63,543 nt of DNA from Aquaticitalea sp. (GTDB lineage: Bacteria; Bacteroidota; Bacteroidia; Flavobacteriales; Flavobacteriaceae): the NCBI GenBank assembly GCA_041748695.1, contig JBGTCT010000040.1:1-63543 (forward strand), written 5' to 3'. The translations under genes and the position numbers were made by a program. Every line of letters begins with the position of its first letter. Position 1 is the stretch's first letter. The notes under the pieces are model-generated. The model saw nothing but the letters and a program-made list of their open reading frames with translations. It was not told where the DNA came from and searched no databases. Positions 7,841 through 17,913 of this stretch are shown here, piece by piece.

Positions 7841-9841
7841 TCAATAGTCCAACAAACTTCTTAAAGCAGCTTCAAACTTGCCTTTTGCTAGGTATTGGTG
7901 TTCCAGCTGATTAATAAACGGGATAGGCGTCTCCATACTTGCAACACGCTTCACTGGCGCATCTAGGTCTTCAAAACAATGTTCCATAATCAAAGCTGAA
8001 ATATCACTGGCAATCCCTCCAAACATAGAGTCTTCTTGCAGAATAATGGCTCGACCTGTTTTTCTCACGGAGACATAAATTGCCTCGGTATCCAATGGCT
8101 GAAGGGATCTTAAATCCAATAAATCGGCATTGATGTCTTCATTCTTATCCAAAGTTTCCAAAGCCCAATGTACGCCGGCGCCATATGTGATAATCGTTAC
8201 ATCGTCTCCTTCTTTCAATAAAGAGGCTTTGCCAAATGGTATAGTAAAATAATCAGTCGGCACCTCCTGACGAATGGTTCTGTACAATGCTTTATGCTCA
8301 AAATACATCACAGGATTCGGATCGTTAATGGCAGTTGCGAGCAAGCCTTTGGCATCATACGGGAACGCGGGATACACAACTTTTAGTCCAGGCGTTTTTG
8401 TAAACCATGCTTCGTTGGTTTGGGAGTGGAATGGTCCAGCGGCAACACCAGCGCCACACGGCATTCGGACTACGACATCTGCATTTTCGTTCCATCTGTA
8501 ATGGGATTTTGCCAAATAATTGACAATCGGATTAAATCCTGAACTCACAAAATCAGCAAACTGCATTTCCACTACCGATTTTATTCCGGCAATGGACAAT
8601 CCCATCGCAGTCTCTATAATGGCAGATTCACATATGGGTGTATTGCGAACACGGTCTTTTCCAAATTCTTCAACAAAGCCTTCCGTAATTTTAAATACAC
8701 CACCATATTCCGCAACATCTTGGCCCATGATTACTAATTCTTTATGGAGCTGCATGGATTGTCGCAAGCCTTGTGAAACCGCATCAATAAATCGGATTTC
8801 TTCTTTGTTTGATTTAGGTTCAACATGATGATATTCAAATGGTTTGTAAACATCATTTAATTCGATACTTTCATCAGGAATGATTGCCTTTTCAGTAAAG
8901 GCCAATTGCAATCCTTCTTCTATTTCTACCTTAATTTCATTATGATAAGTATCATCTTGTTTGGGGGTTAAAACATTCTGATCTAACAAATAATTTCTAA
9001 AATTAACTATTGGATCTTTGGCTTCCCATTCGGCCATTAACTCTGCAGGAACATATTTAGTGCCACTCGCCTCTTCATGACCCCGCATCCGAAATGTTTT
9101 GAACTCTATAAGAATTGGTCTAGGACGATTTCGTAAACTTTCTGCAAGCTTCAATAGTTTTGTGTAGACTTCTACAATGTTGTTACCATCAAAAATAAAT
9201 GAATCAATCCCGTAACCCTTGCCTCTATCTGCCAAATCCCTGCAACGATATTGCTCATTTGTTGGTGTAGACAGTCCGTATCCATTATTTTCGATGCAAA
9301 AAATTACTGGCAATTGCCATACCGAAGCAACATTCAGTGCTTCGTGAAAGTCTCCTTCACTTGTTCCTCCCTCACCAGTAAATACAGCTGTTACCTGATT
9401 TTTACCTTTTAGATTACTCGCTAACGCAATACCATCTGCCACGCCCAATTGTGGGCCCAAATGCGAAATCATTCCTACGATATTGAATTCCTGTGTCCCA
9501 AAGTGAAAGGAACGATCTCTTCCTTTAGTAAAACCATTCGCCTTACCTTGCCATTGACTGAATAAACGATGCAGCGGTATGTTACGTGTTGTAAAAACAC
9601 CTAAATTACGATGCATAGGCAATATGTACTCATTGTTTTGAAGCGCCATAGTGACACCAACTGATATGGCCTCCTGACCAATGCCCGAAAACCATTTGGA
9701 TATTTTTCCTTGTCGCAGTAATTTCAACATCTTTTGCTCTATCAATCGAGGTTTCAGCATGTTTTTGTAAAGCTGCAAAAGAATGATGTCATCAAGATTT
9801 TTCTTATCGAAATGAATCTTGCTTTTTGTGGATGTCAACAT
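7841..9841 (-). CDS. 2-oxoacid (probably branched-chain) dehydrogenase E1, fused alpha/beta
   Basis: GQEA, TPP motif GEGGTSEG...ENNGY, RMRGHEE; beta part GQDV, TPICE, EMQFADF, HSQ. Confidence 0.92.
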   Translation of the reverse strand: MLTSTKSKIHFDKKNLDDIILLQLYKNMLKPRLIEQKMLKLLRQGKISKWFSGIGQEAISVGVTMALQNNEYILPMHRNLGVFTTRNIPLHRLFSQWQGKANGFTKGRDRSFHFGTQEFNIVGMISHLGPQLGVADGIALASNLKGKNQVTAVFTGEGGTSEGDFHEALNVASVWQLPVIFCIENNGYGLSTPTNEQYRCRDLADRGKGYGIDSFIFDGNNIVEVYTKLLKLAESLRNRPRPILIEFKTFRMRGHEEASGTKYVPAELMAEWEAKDPIVNFRNYLLDQNVLTPKQDDTYHNEIKVEIEEGLQLAFTEKAIIPDESIELNDVYKPFEYHHVEPKSNKEEIRFIDAVSQGLRQSMQLHKELVIMGQDVAEYGGVFKITEGFVEEFGKDRVRNTPICESAIIETAMGLSIAGIKSVVEMQFADFVSSGFNPIVNYLAKSHYRWNENADVVVRMPCGAGVAAGPFHSQTNEAWFTKTPGLKVVYPAFPYDAKGLLATAINDPNPVMYFEHKALYRTIRQEVPTDYFTIPFGKASLLKEGDDVTIITYGAGVHWALETLDKNEDINADLLDLRSLQPLDTEAIYVSVRKTGRAIILQEDSMFGGIASDISALIMEHCFEDLDAPVKRVASMETPIPFINQLEHQYLAKGKFEAALRSLLDY

Positions 9842-9992
9842 GGCGATCTGTTTGTATTCAAAATCAAAAGTAACTAAAAATTGCTTTTGTTAAGATTTAT
9901 CCCCATTTTTTTTAACCTGTATTAAGATACCTATTTTATTAGTATTTTCCTTATTTTTGTAATGTAACATTAAATTTAAATACCTTTATAAT

Positions 9993-10943
9993 ATGAATAC
10001 GATTCCAAGTGTTAATCTTCATGATTTTCTTTCAGGTGATCCGGTAAAAAAGCAAAAATTCATTGACGAGATTGGTAAGGCTTATGAAGAAATAGGGTTT
10101 GTAGCCTTAAAGGGACATTTTCTTGATGATAAATTAGTAGATAAACTTTATAGTGAAGTAAAAAATTTTTTCGCTTTACCACTCGAAGTAAAAGAAAAAT
10201 ATGAAGTTCCGGGTATAGGAGGACAACGTGGTTATATTTCATTTGGAAAGGAAAGTGCTAAAGGTAAAAAAGAAGGCGATTTAAAAGAGTTTTGGCATTT
10301 TGGACAGTATGTTGAGGATGACCCTAAATTAGATGCTGAATACCCAGCAAATGTGGTTGTGTTTGAATTACCTGAATTTAATAAAGCTGGCAAAGAAGCT
10401 TATCGCATGTTAGAAAAAACAGCAAAATATGTTTTGAGGGCATTGGCTTTGCACCTTAATTTGGAAGAGACCTATTTTGACAAATATATACACAACGGAA
10501 ACTCTATTTTAAGGCCTATACATTATCCACCAATCACAGAAGAACCAAAAGAAGCTGTCCGCGCTGCAGCACATGGCGATATCAACCTTATTACTTTATT
10601 GATGGGAGCACAGGGTCGTGGTTTGCAAGTAAAAAATCATAAAGGTGAATGGATAGATGCCATTGCAGAACCTGACGAATTGATGATCAATGTTGGTGAT
10701 ATGTTGTCGCGCCATACCAATAACAAACTAAAATCAACGATACACCAAGTGATCAATCCACCGAGGGAACTTTGGGGTACATCGCGTTATTCCATACCGT
10801 TTTTTATGCATCCCATCAGCGACATGAAATTAGACGTATTAGATAGTTGCATCGATGAAGACAACCCAAAACAGTTCGATGATATAACTGCTGGTGAGTT
10901 TTTACATGAACGTTTGGTCGATTTGGGATTGATTAAAAAATAA
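9993..10943 (+). CDS. Isopenicillin N synthase family 2OG-Fe(II) oxygenase
   Basis: HYPP, H-G-D iron motif, NVGDML, distal His (STIHQV), RYS 2OG-binding motif; TATTTTTG promoter element at 9952-9959. Confidence 0.92.
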   Translation: MNTIPSVNLHDFLSGDPVKKQKFIDEIGKAYEEIGFVALKGHFLDDKLVDKLYSEVKNFFALPLEVKEKYEVPGIGGQRGYISFGKESAKGKKEGDLKEFWHFGQYVEDDPKLDAEYPANVVVFELPEFNKAGKEAYRMLEKTAKYVLRALALHLNLEETYFDKYIHNGNSILRPIHYPPITEEPKEAVRAAAHGDINLITLLMGAQGRGLQVKNHKGEWIDAIAEPDELMINVGDMLSRHTNNKLKSTIHQVINPPRELWGTSRYSIPFFMHPISDMKLDVLDSCIDEDNPKQFDDITAGEFLHERLVDLGLIKK

Positions 10944-10950
10944 GGATATA

Positions 10951-11277
10951 ATGGATTTGCAAGACCAACTCAAAAAGTTGTTTCCGGAACATGCACCAGA
11001 AGTCGAAGAAAAATCGGAAGACCATTCAGGGATTTGGTTACAAGATGACCCTATTATTTGCAAATATGAAAAGCGCAAAGGCAAGCCAATCACTATTCTT
11101 GAGGGCTACACAGGAGCATCTGAAGATTTTAAGGTATTGGCAAAAGAATTGAAGACAACCTTGAGTGTTGGCGGCAGTTTTAAGGACGATAAAATCATTA
11201 TTCAAGGAGATTACAGAGATAAAATTATGTTGCTTTTGAAAGAAAAAGGGTTTGCTGTTAAACGGGTGGGCGGATAA
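10951..11277 (+). CDS. yciH: Translation initiation factor SUI1/YciH family
   Basis: RKGKPITILEG, LAKELK...GGSFKD..IIIQGD.R. Confidence 0.9.
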   Translation: MDLQDQLKKLFPEHAPEVEEKSEDHSGIWLQDDPIICKYEKRKGKPITILEGYTGASEDFKVLAKELKTTLSVGGSFKDDKIIIQGDYRDKIMLLLKEKGFAVKRVGG

Positions 11278-12207
11278 ATGAGCCTACCTATTCTTCATAT
11301 TACCAATGGTCATCAACTGACAAGCTATCTCAAGGAATTAGATGTAAAGGGTGATTTTTTAATATGGCAGGAAATGTTGTGTGAAGGTCCAGCGTCAGAA
11401 CAAATTGATTCAGATGAATTTTTCTCTGTCCGGAAAAAATTCCTTCATGATTATTACGACATTGAAATCAATGAAGATGAGTTTCGTAGTGAAATTTCAA
11501 TATTAAATCACCCCGAAAATTTTTCAGAAATTGTACTTTGGTTTGAGTTTGACCTGTTTTGTCATATCAATTTGATGGCGGTTATTAGCCTAATTAAACA
11601 AAAAAGAATAAAGCTTCCACTCTATTTAGTATGCAGTGGTCGTGTGGATGGCGAAAAGGAATTGAAGGGTTTGGCGGAATTAAATTCGCGGCAATTACAA
11701 GATCATTATCAGAATAAAATGAAGTTGTCTACTACAGACATCGATTTAATTGCCTCTCTTTGGAAAACCTATTGCGGTACCGATCATAACTTATTTAAAC
11801 CAATGATTGTACAAAAAACCTCTTTTCCATATTTAAGCAATTGTTTAAAAGCACATTTGCAGCGTTTTCCTGATTCAAAAACTGGATTATCAATACTTGA
11901 AATGAATATTTTGGAATTGGTAAAGAAATACGAAATAAAATCCAGGCAGCATCTATTAGGTTATATTCTTAATTATCAAGGTTATTACGGATTTGGAGAT
12001 ACGCAACTCAACAGGAAAATTGAAAAAATGTCCATCTTCTTTGAAGAAACCGAAGACAATATTACTCTCAATAGAAAAGGGCATGAAGCCTTATTGGGAC
12101 ATCATAATTTTTCAAACGAATTAAAAATAGTTATGGTTTTTGGCGGCGTTAAAAAAATCGATTTTGTATTCAGTAAATCACAAAACAAACTTGTAAAAAA
12201 AGCGTAA
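11278..12207 (+). CDS. DUF1835-domain protein
   Basis: LHITNG, W.EMLCEGP, IVLWFE.DLFCHIN, RFP...GL, GFGD motifs. Confidence 0.8.
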   Translation: MSLPILHITNGHQLTSYLKELDVKGDFLIWQEMLCEGPASEQIDSDEFFSVRKKFLHDYYDIEINEDEFRSEISILNHPENFSEIVLWFEFDLFCHINLMAVISLIKQKRIKLPLYLVCSGRVDGEKELKGLAELNSRQLQDHYQNKMKLSTTDIDLIASLWKTYCGTDHNLFKPMIVQKTSFPYLSNCLKAHLQRFPDSKTGLSILEMNILELVKKYEIKSRQHLLGYILNYQGYYGFGDTQLNRKIEKMSIFFEETEDNITLNRKGHEALLGHHNFSNELKIVMVFGGVKKIDFVFSKSQNKLVKKA

Positions 12208-13073
12208 TGCCTATAAAAGCTTCCGAACTTATTCTCAATAATGATGGCAGTATATATCATCTCAACTTACGACCCAAACAACTCGCAAATACCATTATAA
12301 CTGTTGGTGACCCTGACCGCGTTGATAGTGTTACAAAACATTTTGAAACCATCGAATTTCAAACAAGAAAACGCGAGTTCCACACCCAAACTGGAACTTA
12401 TAAGGGCAAACGAATCACAGTCATTTCCACAGGAATTGGAACAGATAATATTGACATTGTATTTAATGAGTTGGATGCATTGGTAAATATCGATTTAGAA
12501 AAAAGACAGATTAAACAAAATTTGACTTCACTCGAAATTATCCGAATCGGCACTTCGGGATCAATTCAAAAAGACATACCTAATGATACATTTTTAATTA
12601 GTGAATACGCTGTTGGTTTTGATAGTTTACTTCATTTTTATAAGAGTAAACATGTGCAATATCCAGACATATCTGAAGTATTAACGAAGCATACCAATTG
12701 GTCTGTATCCAAATCAAAACCGTATGTAGTGAAATGCGATGAACTTCTTTTGGAAAGATTTAGTTCAGATAAAACGATAAAAGGATTTACAGCCACCAAT
12801 ATCGGATTTTACGGGCCCCAAGGTCGCATACTTCGATTGCAGATTCAAGATAATGACTTAAACGATAAATTGGCGAGTTTTGATTACAATGGAATGCCGA
12901 TTACCAATCTCGAAATGGAAACAGCAGGCATTTATGGACTGTCGAAATTATTGGGGCACAGAGCACTTTCTATGAATGCAATCATTGCCAATCGAGCCAC
13001 TGGCGAATTCACAGAAAACCCGAAAAAGGTGGTTGATGAATTGATTTTATATGTATTACAAAGAATTGTATAG
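12207..13073 (+). CDS. Nucleoside (uridine-type) phosphorylase
   Basis: IYHL, VGDPDRV, REF, STGIG, IRIGTSG, FYGPQGR, NLEMETA. Confidence 0.92.
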   Translation: MPIKASELILNNDGSIYHLNLRPKQLANTIITVGDPDRVDSVTKHFETIEFQTRKREFHTQTGTYKGKRITVISTGIGTDNIDIVFNELDALVNIDLEKRQIKQNLTSLEIIRIGTSGSIQKDIPNDTFLISEYAVGFDSLLHFYKSKHVQYPDISEVLTKHTNWSVSKSKPYVVKCDELLLERFSSDKTIKGFTATNIGFYGPQGRILRLQIQDNDLNDKLASFDYNGMPITNLEMETAGIYGLSKLLGHRALSMNAIIANRATGEFTENPKKVVDELILYVLQRIV

Positions 13074-13096
13074 TAGGAATGAAAACGAAATTTTAA

Positions 13097-13951
13097 ATGA
13101 AAACAGTAAAAATAGGCGGTGTACCGGAACATTTTAATTTAGCTTGGTATCTAACACTTAAAAATGGCGAATATAAAGCAGAAGGAATTAATTTGCGATG
13201 GGAAGACTATGCTGGTGGAACGGGACAAATGACAAAGGCATTAAGCACTGGCGAAATAGATATGGCTGTGATTTTAACGGAAGGAATCATTAAAGATATT
13301 ATAGAAGGCAATCCAAGCAAAATAATACAAACCTTCGTGCAGTCCCCCTTAATTTGGGGAATTCATGTGGCACATGGCTCTGAATTCAAAACTGTTGAAG
13401 ATTTGAAAGGAACGCGTGCGGCCATCAGTCGTTATGGTTCTGGGTCGCATTTAATGGCTTATATCAATGCAGAAAACAACGGCTGGGATCTTCAAAAAGA
13501 CCTCAAATTTGAAGTGATTCAGGATCTTGAAGGTGCGGTAAAGGCCTTAACCGATGGTGAAGCAGATTATTTTATGTGGGAACGGTTTATGACTAAGCCC
13601 TTGGTTGATGAGAAGATATTCCGTTATGTGGCTTCACTCCCAACACCATGGCCATGTTTTGTTATTGCTGTTAGGGATGCATTTCTAAAAACCAATTTGA
13701 AAGATGTTAAAACCATATTAAAAATAATCAACAATACGACTTTAGAATTTAAGGACATCCCGAGCATTGATAAAACCATAGCAAATAGATATAATCAAAA
13801 ACTTAATGACGTGCAGGAATGGTTATCCTTAACAGAATGGTCTCAAGATGTGATTGATGAAAAAACCATCGATACAATTCAAACAGAGTTGATGGAAGTT
13901 GGTATCATCAACAAAAAGAAACCATACAATCAAATTGTTCAAAAATTATAG
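13097..13951 (+). CDS. NMT1/THI5-like substrate-binding-fold protein without signal peptide
   Basis: GGVPEHFN, GGTG, LTEG, SPLIWGIH, SRYGSGSHLM, FMWE, TPWPCF. Confidence 0.8.
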   Translation: MKTVKIGGVPEHFNLAWYLTLKNGEYKAEGINLRWEDYAGGTGQMTKALSTGEIDMAVILTEGIIKDIIEGNPSKIIQTFVQSPLIWGIHVAHGSEFKTVEDLKGTRAAISRYGSGSHLMAYINAENNGWDLQKDLKFEVIQDLEGAVKALTDGEADYFMWERFMTKPLVDEKIFRYVASLPTPWPCFVIAVRDAFLKTNLKDVKTILKIINNTTLEFKDIPSIDKTIANRYNQKLNDVQEWLSLTEWSQDVIDEKTIDTIQTELMEVGIINKKKPYNQIVQKL

Positions 13952-14074
13952 TATTGCGCCCTGAAGATTTAACAAAATATTAAGTTTTACCGCAAAAAAT
14001 ATGATGTTTAGAAAAAAATAATTACATTCGTAAAACCTAAATGTCAAACACCTAACTTGACATAAAAATCAGCT

Positions 14075-14263
14075 ATGATTATGACAGTCTTTTTAATACT
14101 CTCTTTTTTGGTTGCCTTAAATTTTTTCTTATTATACTTTAGTTGTAATAAAACTCCCAAAAAAGAAAGTGCTGAAAAACTTGAACTCGCAGAAAAGGGA
14201 ATTACACAAAAAATCACTACCAATCGATTGCCTTCTGTCCAGCTTGCTCCAACAGGAAGTTAG
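14075..14263 (+). CDS. 62-aa membrane-anchored hypothetical protein (possible lipoprotein)
   Basis: Hydrophobic N-terminus ending YFSC followed by a Lys-rich tail; 3' end overlaps ung by 47 nt. Confidence 0.6.
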   Translation: MIMTVFLILSFLVALNFFLLYFSCNKTPKKESAEKLELAEKGITQKITTNRLPSVQLAPTGS

Positions 14264-14882
14264 TTTTACTAAAATGCTTATTACCAAACCAGTATCCTCT
14301 ATTTGCGCTTAATGGCGATGGATGTCCAGATTCCAAAATAATATGTTTCTTGTTATTTATGAGTCTTGCCTTTTGTCTTGCAAATCCTCCCCAAAGTAAA
14401 AAAACCACCTGATTTTTTTCGTCACTGATGGTTTTTATGACCGCATCAGTAAAAGTTTCCCAACCTTTCTTTTGATGGCTTCCTGCCTGATTCGCCCTAA
14501 CCGTTAATGTTGTATTGAGAAGCAAAACGCCTTGATCTGCCCAGCGTTCCAGATTTCCTGATTCTGGATAAGCGCTGCTTAAGTCAGCTTCAATCTCTTT
14601 AAAAATATTGATTAAGGACGGTGGATGTGCAATACCATCATTTACAGAAAAACAAAGTCCATTTGCCTGTCGATCCCCATGATACGGGTCTTGACCAATA
14701 ATAACCACTTTCAAATCTTTAAAAGGGCACCAATCAAATGCCGAAAAAATATGTATAGCTTGAGGATAACATTCGTAGTTAGTATATTCATTATTTACAA
14801 ATTTTATTAAACTCTCAAAGTAAGGTTTGTCTAATTCTTCTTGCAAATAAGTTTTCCAACTGTGATGGATGTCAACATTCAT
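14217..14882 (-). CDS. ung: Uracil-DNA glycosylase, family 1
   Basis: GQDPYH, PPSL.NI, GVLLLN, FLLWG, HPSPLS. Confidence 0.97.
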   Translation of the reverse strand: MNVDIHHSWKTYLQEELDKPYFESLIKFVNNEYTNYECYPQAIHIFSAFDWCPFKDLKVVIIGQDPYHGDRQANGLCFSVNDGIAHPPSLINIFKEIEADLSSAYPESGNLERWADQGVLLLNTTLTVRANQAGSHQKKGWETFTDAVIKTISDEKNQVVFLLWGGFARQKARLINNKKHIILESGHPSPLSANRGYWFGNKHFSKTNFLLEQAGQKAIDW

Positions 14883-15284
14883 TCTGTAAATGTATTATAT
14901 AATTTTCATATCAAATTAATACTGTCTTTAGTTAAACTAATACCGTATATGTGAGAAAGCATAAATTTCCCTCTCTATAAAACAGCTTATTGGTTATCGT
15001 GGTCATAACAGCTTAATTAAATTGTGTCATTCCTGCCTGAAAATATGATCCATTTGGGAATATAATATGGAATATAAAGTAAATTCTTCAAATCACCATG
15101 GCTCAATCTGGCATATTTTGCCTCTTTAAAAGTTGGATTTGGTAAGTGGATTAAATTAGTGATGCATTGGTCAAAAATATTACTGTGTTTAGGTTATTTG
15201 CCTTAATATTTCAGTGCATACATAGCAAAAATTACAACTCAATTTTCCTTAACTTTGCAAACTAAAGGGTAGATCATAAAACGA

Positions 15285-17450
15285 ATGATTAACATTCACG
15301 AGAAAACATTACAGGACGTAGAATTCCATAAAGTTTTACAACAGGTGTCCGCATACTGTGTGACGGCATTAGACACGGAAAAATCCGATTTGATGCTGCC
15401 TTTATCATCCAAAGAAGCCATCGTTGAATCACTGAATTATACCAATGAATATTTGGCGTCTTTACGTAACGATAACCGCATTCCAAATCATGGCTTTGAA
15501 CCTATTACTAAAGAAATTCAATATTTAAAAATTGAAAACTCATTTTTAGAAACCTCCAGCTTTAAGAAAATTGCAACGATATCTTCAACTTGCAATGATA
15601 TTCTTCTATTTTTGAAAAAGTTTGAAACCTACTATCCCAATTTACGCAATCTGTCAGCGTCAATAGAAGTCACTAAAGATTTAATTGAAAAAGTTGATGG
15701 AATTATCGATCGTTTTGGAGATGTGAAGGATAACGCTTCATTTGAACTCGCTGGCTTGCGAAAGGATATCAATGCCGTAAAGGGAAAAATAAACACCAGT
15801 TTTGCTTCAGCTTTATCAATTTATAGTTCGCTTGATTATTTGGATGATATCAGAGAATCAGTAATGGACAATAAACGCGTTTTGGCCGTAAAATCGATGT
15901 ATCGACGAAAGGTCAAAGGTTCCATCCTCGGTGGAAGCAAGACAGGAAGCATTGCTTATATTGAGCCAGAAACAACCTTTAGATACACACGCGAATTGAA
16001 TAATTTGGAATTCGATGAACAGGAAGAAGTCACTAGGATTCTCAAACAACTGACTGATTTTGTGAGACCTTATGCTCCATTGTTGCAGCAGTACCAAAAA
16101 TTCCTTACTGAAATCGATATTATTTCGGCGAAAGCCAAATATGCCAATGACATCAACGGAATTTTACCGGAAATCAATGAAGATAAATTATACAATTTAA
16201 AAGATGCCTATCATCCGCTGCTGTATATTTCAAATAGAAAAAAGAAACTAAAAACCTTTCCTCAATCCATAGAACTGCATCCAGAAAGCAGAATTATTGT
16301 TATTTCTGGTCCTAATGCGGGCGGCAAAAGTATTACCCTAAAAACAGTGGGGCTATTGCAAGTCATGCTGCAAAGCGGCTTGTTGATTCCTGTGCATGAG
16401 CGGAGCACGATTTGTTTGTTCGATAGGATTTTAAGTGATATTGGCGATAACCAGTCTGTTGAAAATCATTTGAGCACATATAGTTATCGTCTGAAGCAAA
16501 TGAATTATTTTCTCAAAAAATGCAACAATAACACCCTGTTTTTGATTGATGAATTTGGAACGGGAAGCGATCCAGAGTTGGGTGGCGCCTTGGCTGAAAC
16601 ATTTTTGGAAGAATTTTACCATAGAGGCGCTTATGGCATTATCACCACACATTACTCCAATTTAAAAATTCTGGCAAATGAATTGCCTTATATGGAGAAC
16701 GCCAATATGATGTTTGACGAAAAAAGTTTGGAGCCCATGTACAAATTAGCATTGGGACAAGCCGGAAGCTCGTTTACGTTTGAAGTTGCCCAAAAAAATG
16801 GAATTCCTTACAGTCTGGTCAATCGCGCTAAGAAAAAGATCGAACGCGGCAAGATTCGATTTGATGCCACCATTGCAAAACTCCAAAAAGAACGCTCAAA
16901 ACTAGAAAAAACAGAACAATCACTTAAAGTAAATGAACGCAAGACACAAAGTGAAGCTGAAAAATTAGAGCAAATAAATGTTAAGATTCAAAAGAAATTG
17001 GAAAGCTATCAGGAATTGTACGACAGCAATCAGCGCCTGATTTATTTAGGGCAGAAAATCAATGATATTGCCGAAAAATATTTTGAAAATAAGGAGAAAC
17101 GTGAATTAATGGCTGAATTTTTCAAGATTGTACAGATTGAAAACTCAAAACGAAAAAAAGTGTCTGTCAAAGAAAAGACCGTTCAGAAAGTCAAGGAGCA
17201 AATAATCATTCAAGAAGCTGAAAAAACTGTAGAAATCATTCGTCAAAAAAAGAAGGCAGCCAAAATAAAAACAGAAAAAGCGCCAATTCCCCGACCTATT
17301 TTTAAAGTTGGAGATCGCGTGCGAATGCATGATGGCAAAGCCGTTGGAAGTGTTGATAAACTCGAAAAAAATAAAGCGGTAATAAATTATGGTATGTTTA
17401 CGACCAACGTTAGTATAGAACAATTAGAACTTGTAGAATCAGTCAAATGA
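15285..17450 (+). CDS. mutS2: MutS2 family ATPase (no C-terminal Smr domain)
   Basis: ISGPNAGGKS, DIGD.QS...LSTYS, DEFGTGSDP..G, TTHY, coiled coil, terminal KOW-like FKVGDRV; TAACTTTG at 15250-15257. Confidence 0.9.
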   Translation: MINIHEKTLQDVEFHKVLQQVSAYCVTALDTEKSDLMLPLSSKEAIVESLNYTNEYLASLRNDNRIPNHGFEPITKEIQYLKIENSFLETSSFKKIATISSTCNDILLFLKKFETYYPNLRNLSASIEVTKDLIEKVDGIIDRFGDVKDNASFELAGLRKDINAVKGKINTSFASALSIYSSLDYLDDIRESVMDNKRVLAVKSMYRRKVKGSILGGSKTGSIAYIEPETTFRYTRELNNLEFDEQEEVTRILKQLTDFVRPYAPLLQQYQKFLTEIDIISAKAKYANDINGILPEINEDKLYNLKDAYHPLLYISNRKKKLKTFPQSIELHPESRIIVISGPNAGGKSITLKTVGLLQVMLQSGLLIPVHERSTICLFDRILSDIGDNQSVENHLSTYSYRLKQMNYFLKKCNNNTLFLIDEFGTGSDPELGGALAETFLEEFYHRGAYGIITTHYSNLKILANELPYMENANMMFDEKSLEPMYKLALGQAGSSFTFEVAQKNGIPYSLVNRAKKKIERGKIRFDATIAKLQKERSKLEKTEQSLKVNERKTQSEAEKLEQINVKIQKKLESYQELYDSNQRLIYLGQKINDIAEKYFENKEKRELMAEFFKIVQIENSKRKKVSVKEKTVQKVKEQIIIQEAEKTVEIIRQKKKAAKIKTEKAPIPRPIFKVGDRVRMHDGKAVGSVDKLEKNKAVINYGMFTTNVSIEQLELVESVK

Positions 17451-17860
17451 TACAACTTCCCGAACATAAAAAACTAATTCTCTTTGATGGGGTTTGCAAT
17501 CTTTGCAATGCCTCTATTCAATACATCATCAAACATGACCATAAGGATGTTTTTCGGTATGCCGCTTTACAAAGTGAAGTTGGGGAAAATATCATTGAAA
17601 AATATAAAATTGATACATCCAAAACAGATTCTATAATCCTTTATTCAGAAGGAAATGGCATAACATATAAGTCAACTGCTGCGCTTAAAATTGCCAGTCA
17701 ACTTGCATTTCCATTAAATTTAATGTTTATTTTTATTGTAGTTCCAACCTTTATCAGAAACTGGGTGTATGATTATATCGCTAAAAACCGATATAAATGG
17801 TACGGCCAAAAGGATGAATGTATGATTCCAACTCCTGAATTAAAGTCGAAATTTTTATAG
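17447..17860 (+). CDS. DCC family thiol-disulfide oxidoreductase (YuxK-like)
   Basis: FDGVCNLC (DxxCxxC), AALQS, YDYIAKNRYKWYG; ATGA overlap with mutS2. Confidence 0.92.
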   Translation: MIQLPEHKKLILFDGVCNLCNASIQYIIKHDHKDVFRYAALQSEVGENIIEKYKIDTSKTDSIILYSEGNGITYKSTAALKIASQLAFPLNLMFIFIVVPTFIRNWVYDYIAKNRYKWYGQKDECMIPTPELKSKFL

Positions 17861-17881
17861 TAGGTTTTAGTTTTATGACAT

Positions 17882-17913
17882 AAAAAAGCCCTCATTTTGG
17901 AATCAGGGCTTTT
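17882..17913. terminator. Intrinsic terminator after mutS2-DCC
   Basis: AAAAGCCCT...AGGGCTTTT inverted repeat. Confidence 0.7.

Noticed and set aside
2723-10943. A complete RiPP cluster (peptides, peptidases, 2OG oxygenase)
   Set aside because: The genes lie in different orientations and transcription units, look like common flavobacterial genes, and include no recognisable maturase, RRE or exporter.
9993-10943. Isopenicillin N synthase indicating beta-lactam biosynthesis (with the acylase)
   Set aside because: Only family-level similarity; no ACV synthetase or other pathway genes, and the acylase is 34 kb away.
14883-15284. 400-nt ung-mutS2 spacer as an sRNA or small gene
   Set aside because: I found no convincing ORF, hairpin or terminator, only promoter-like elements.
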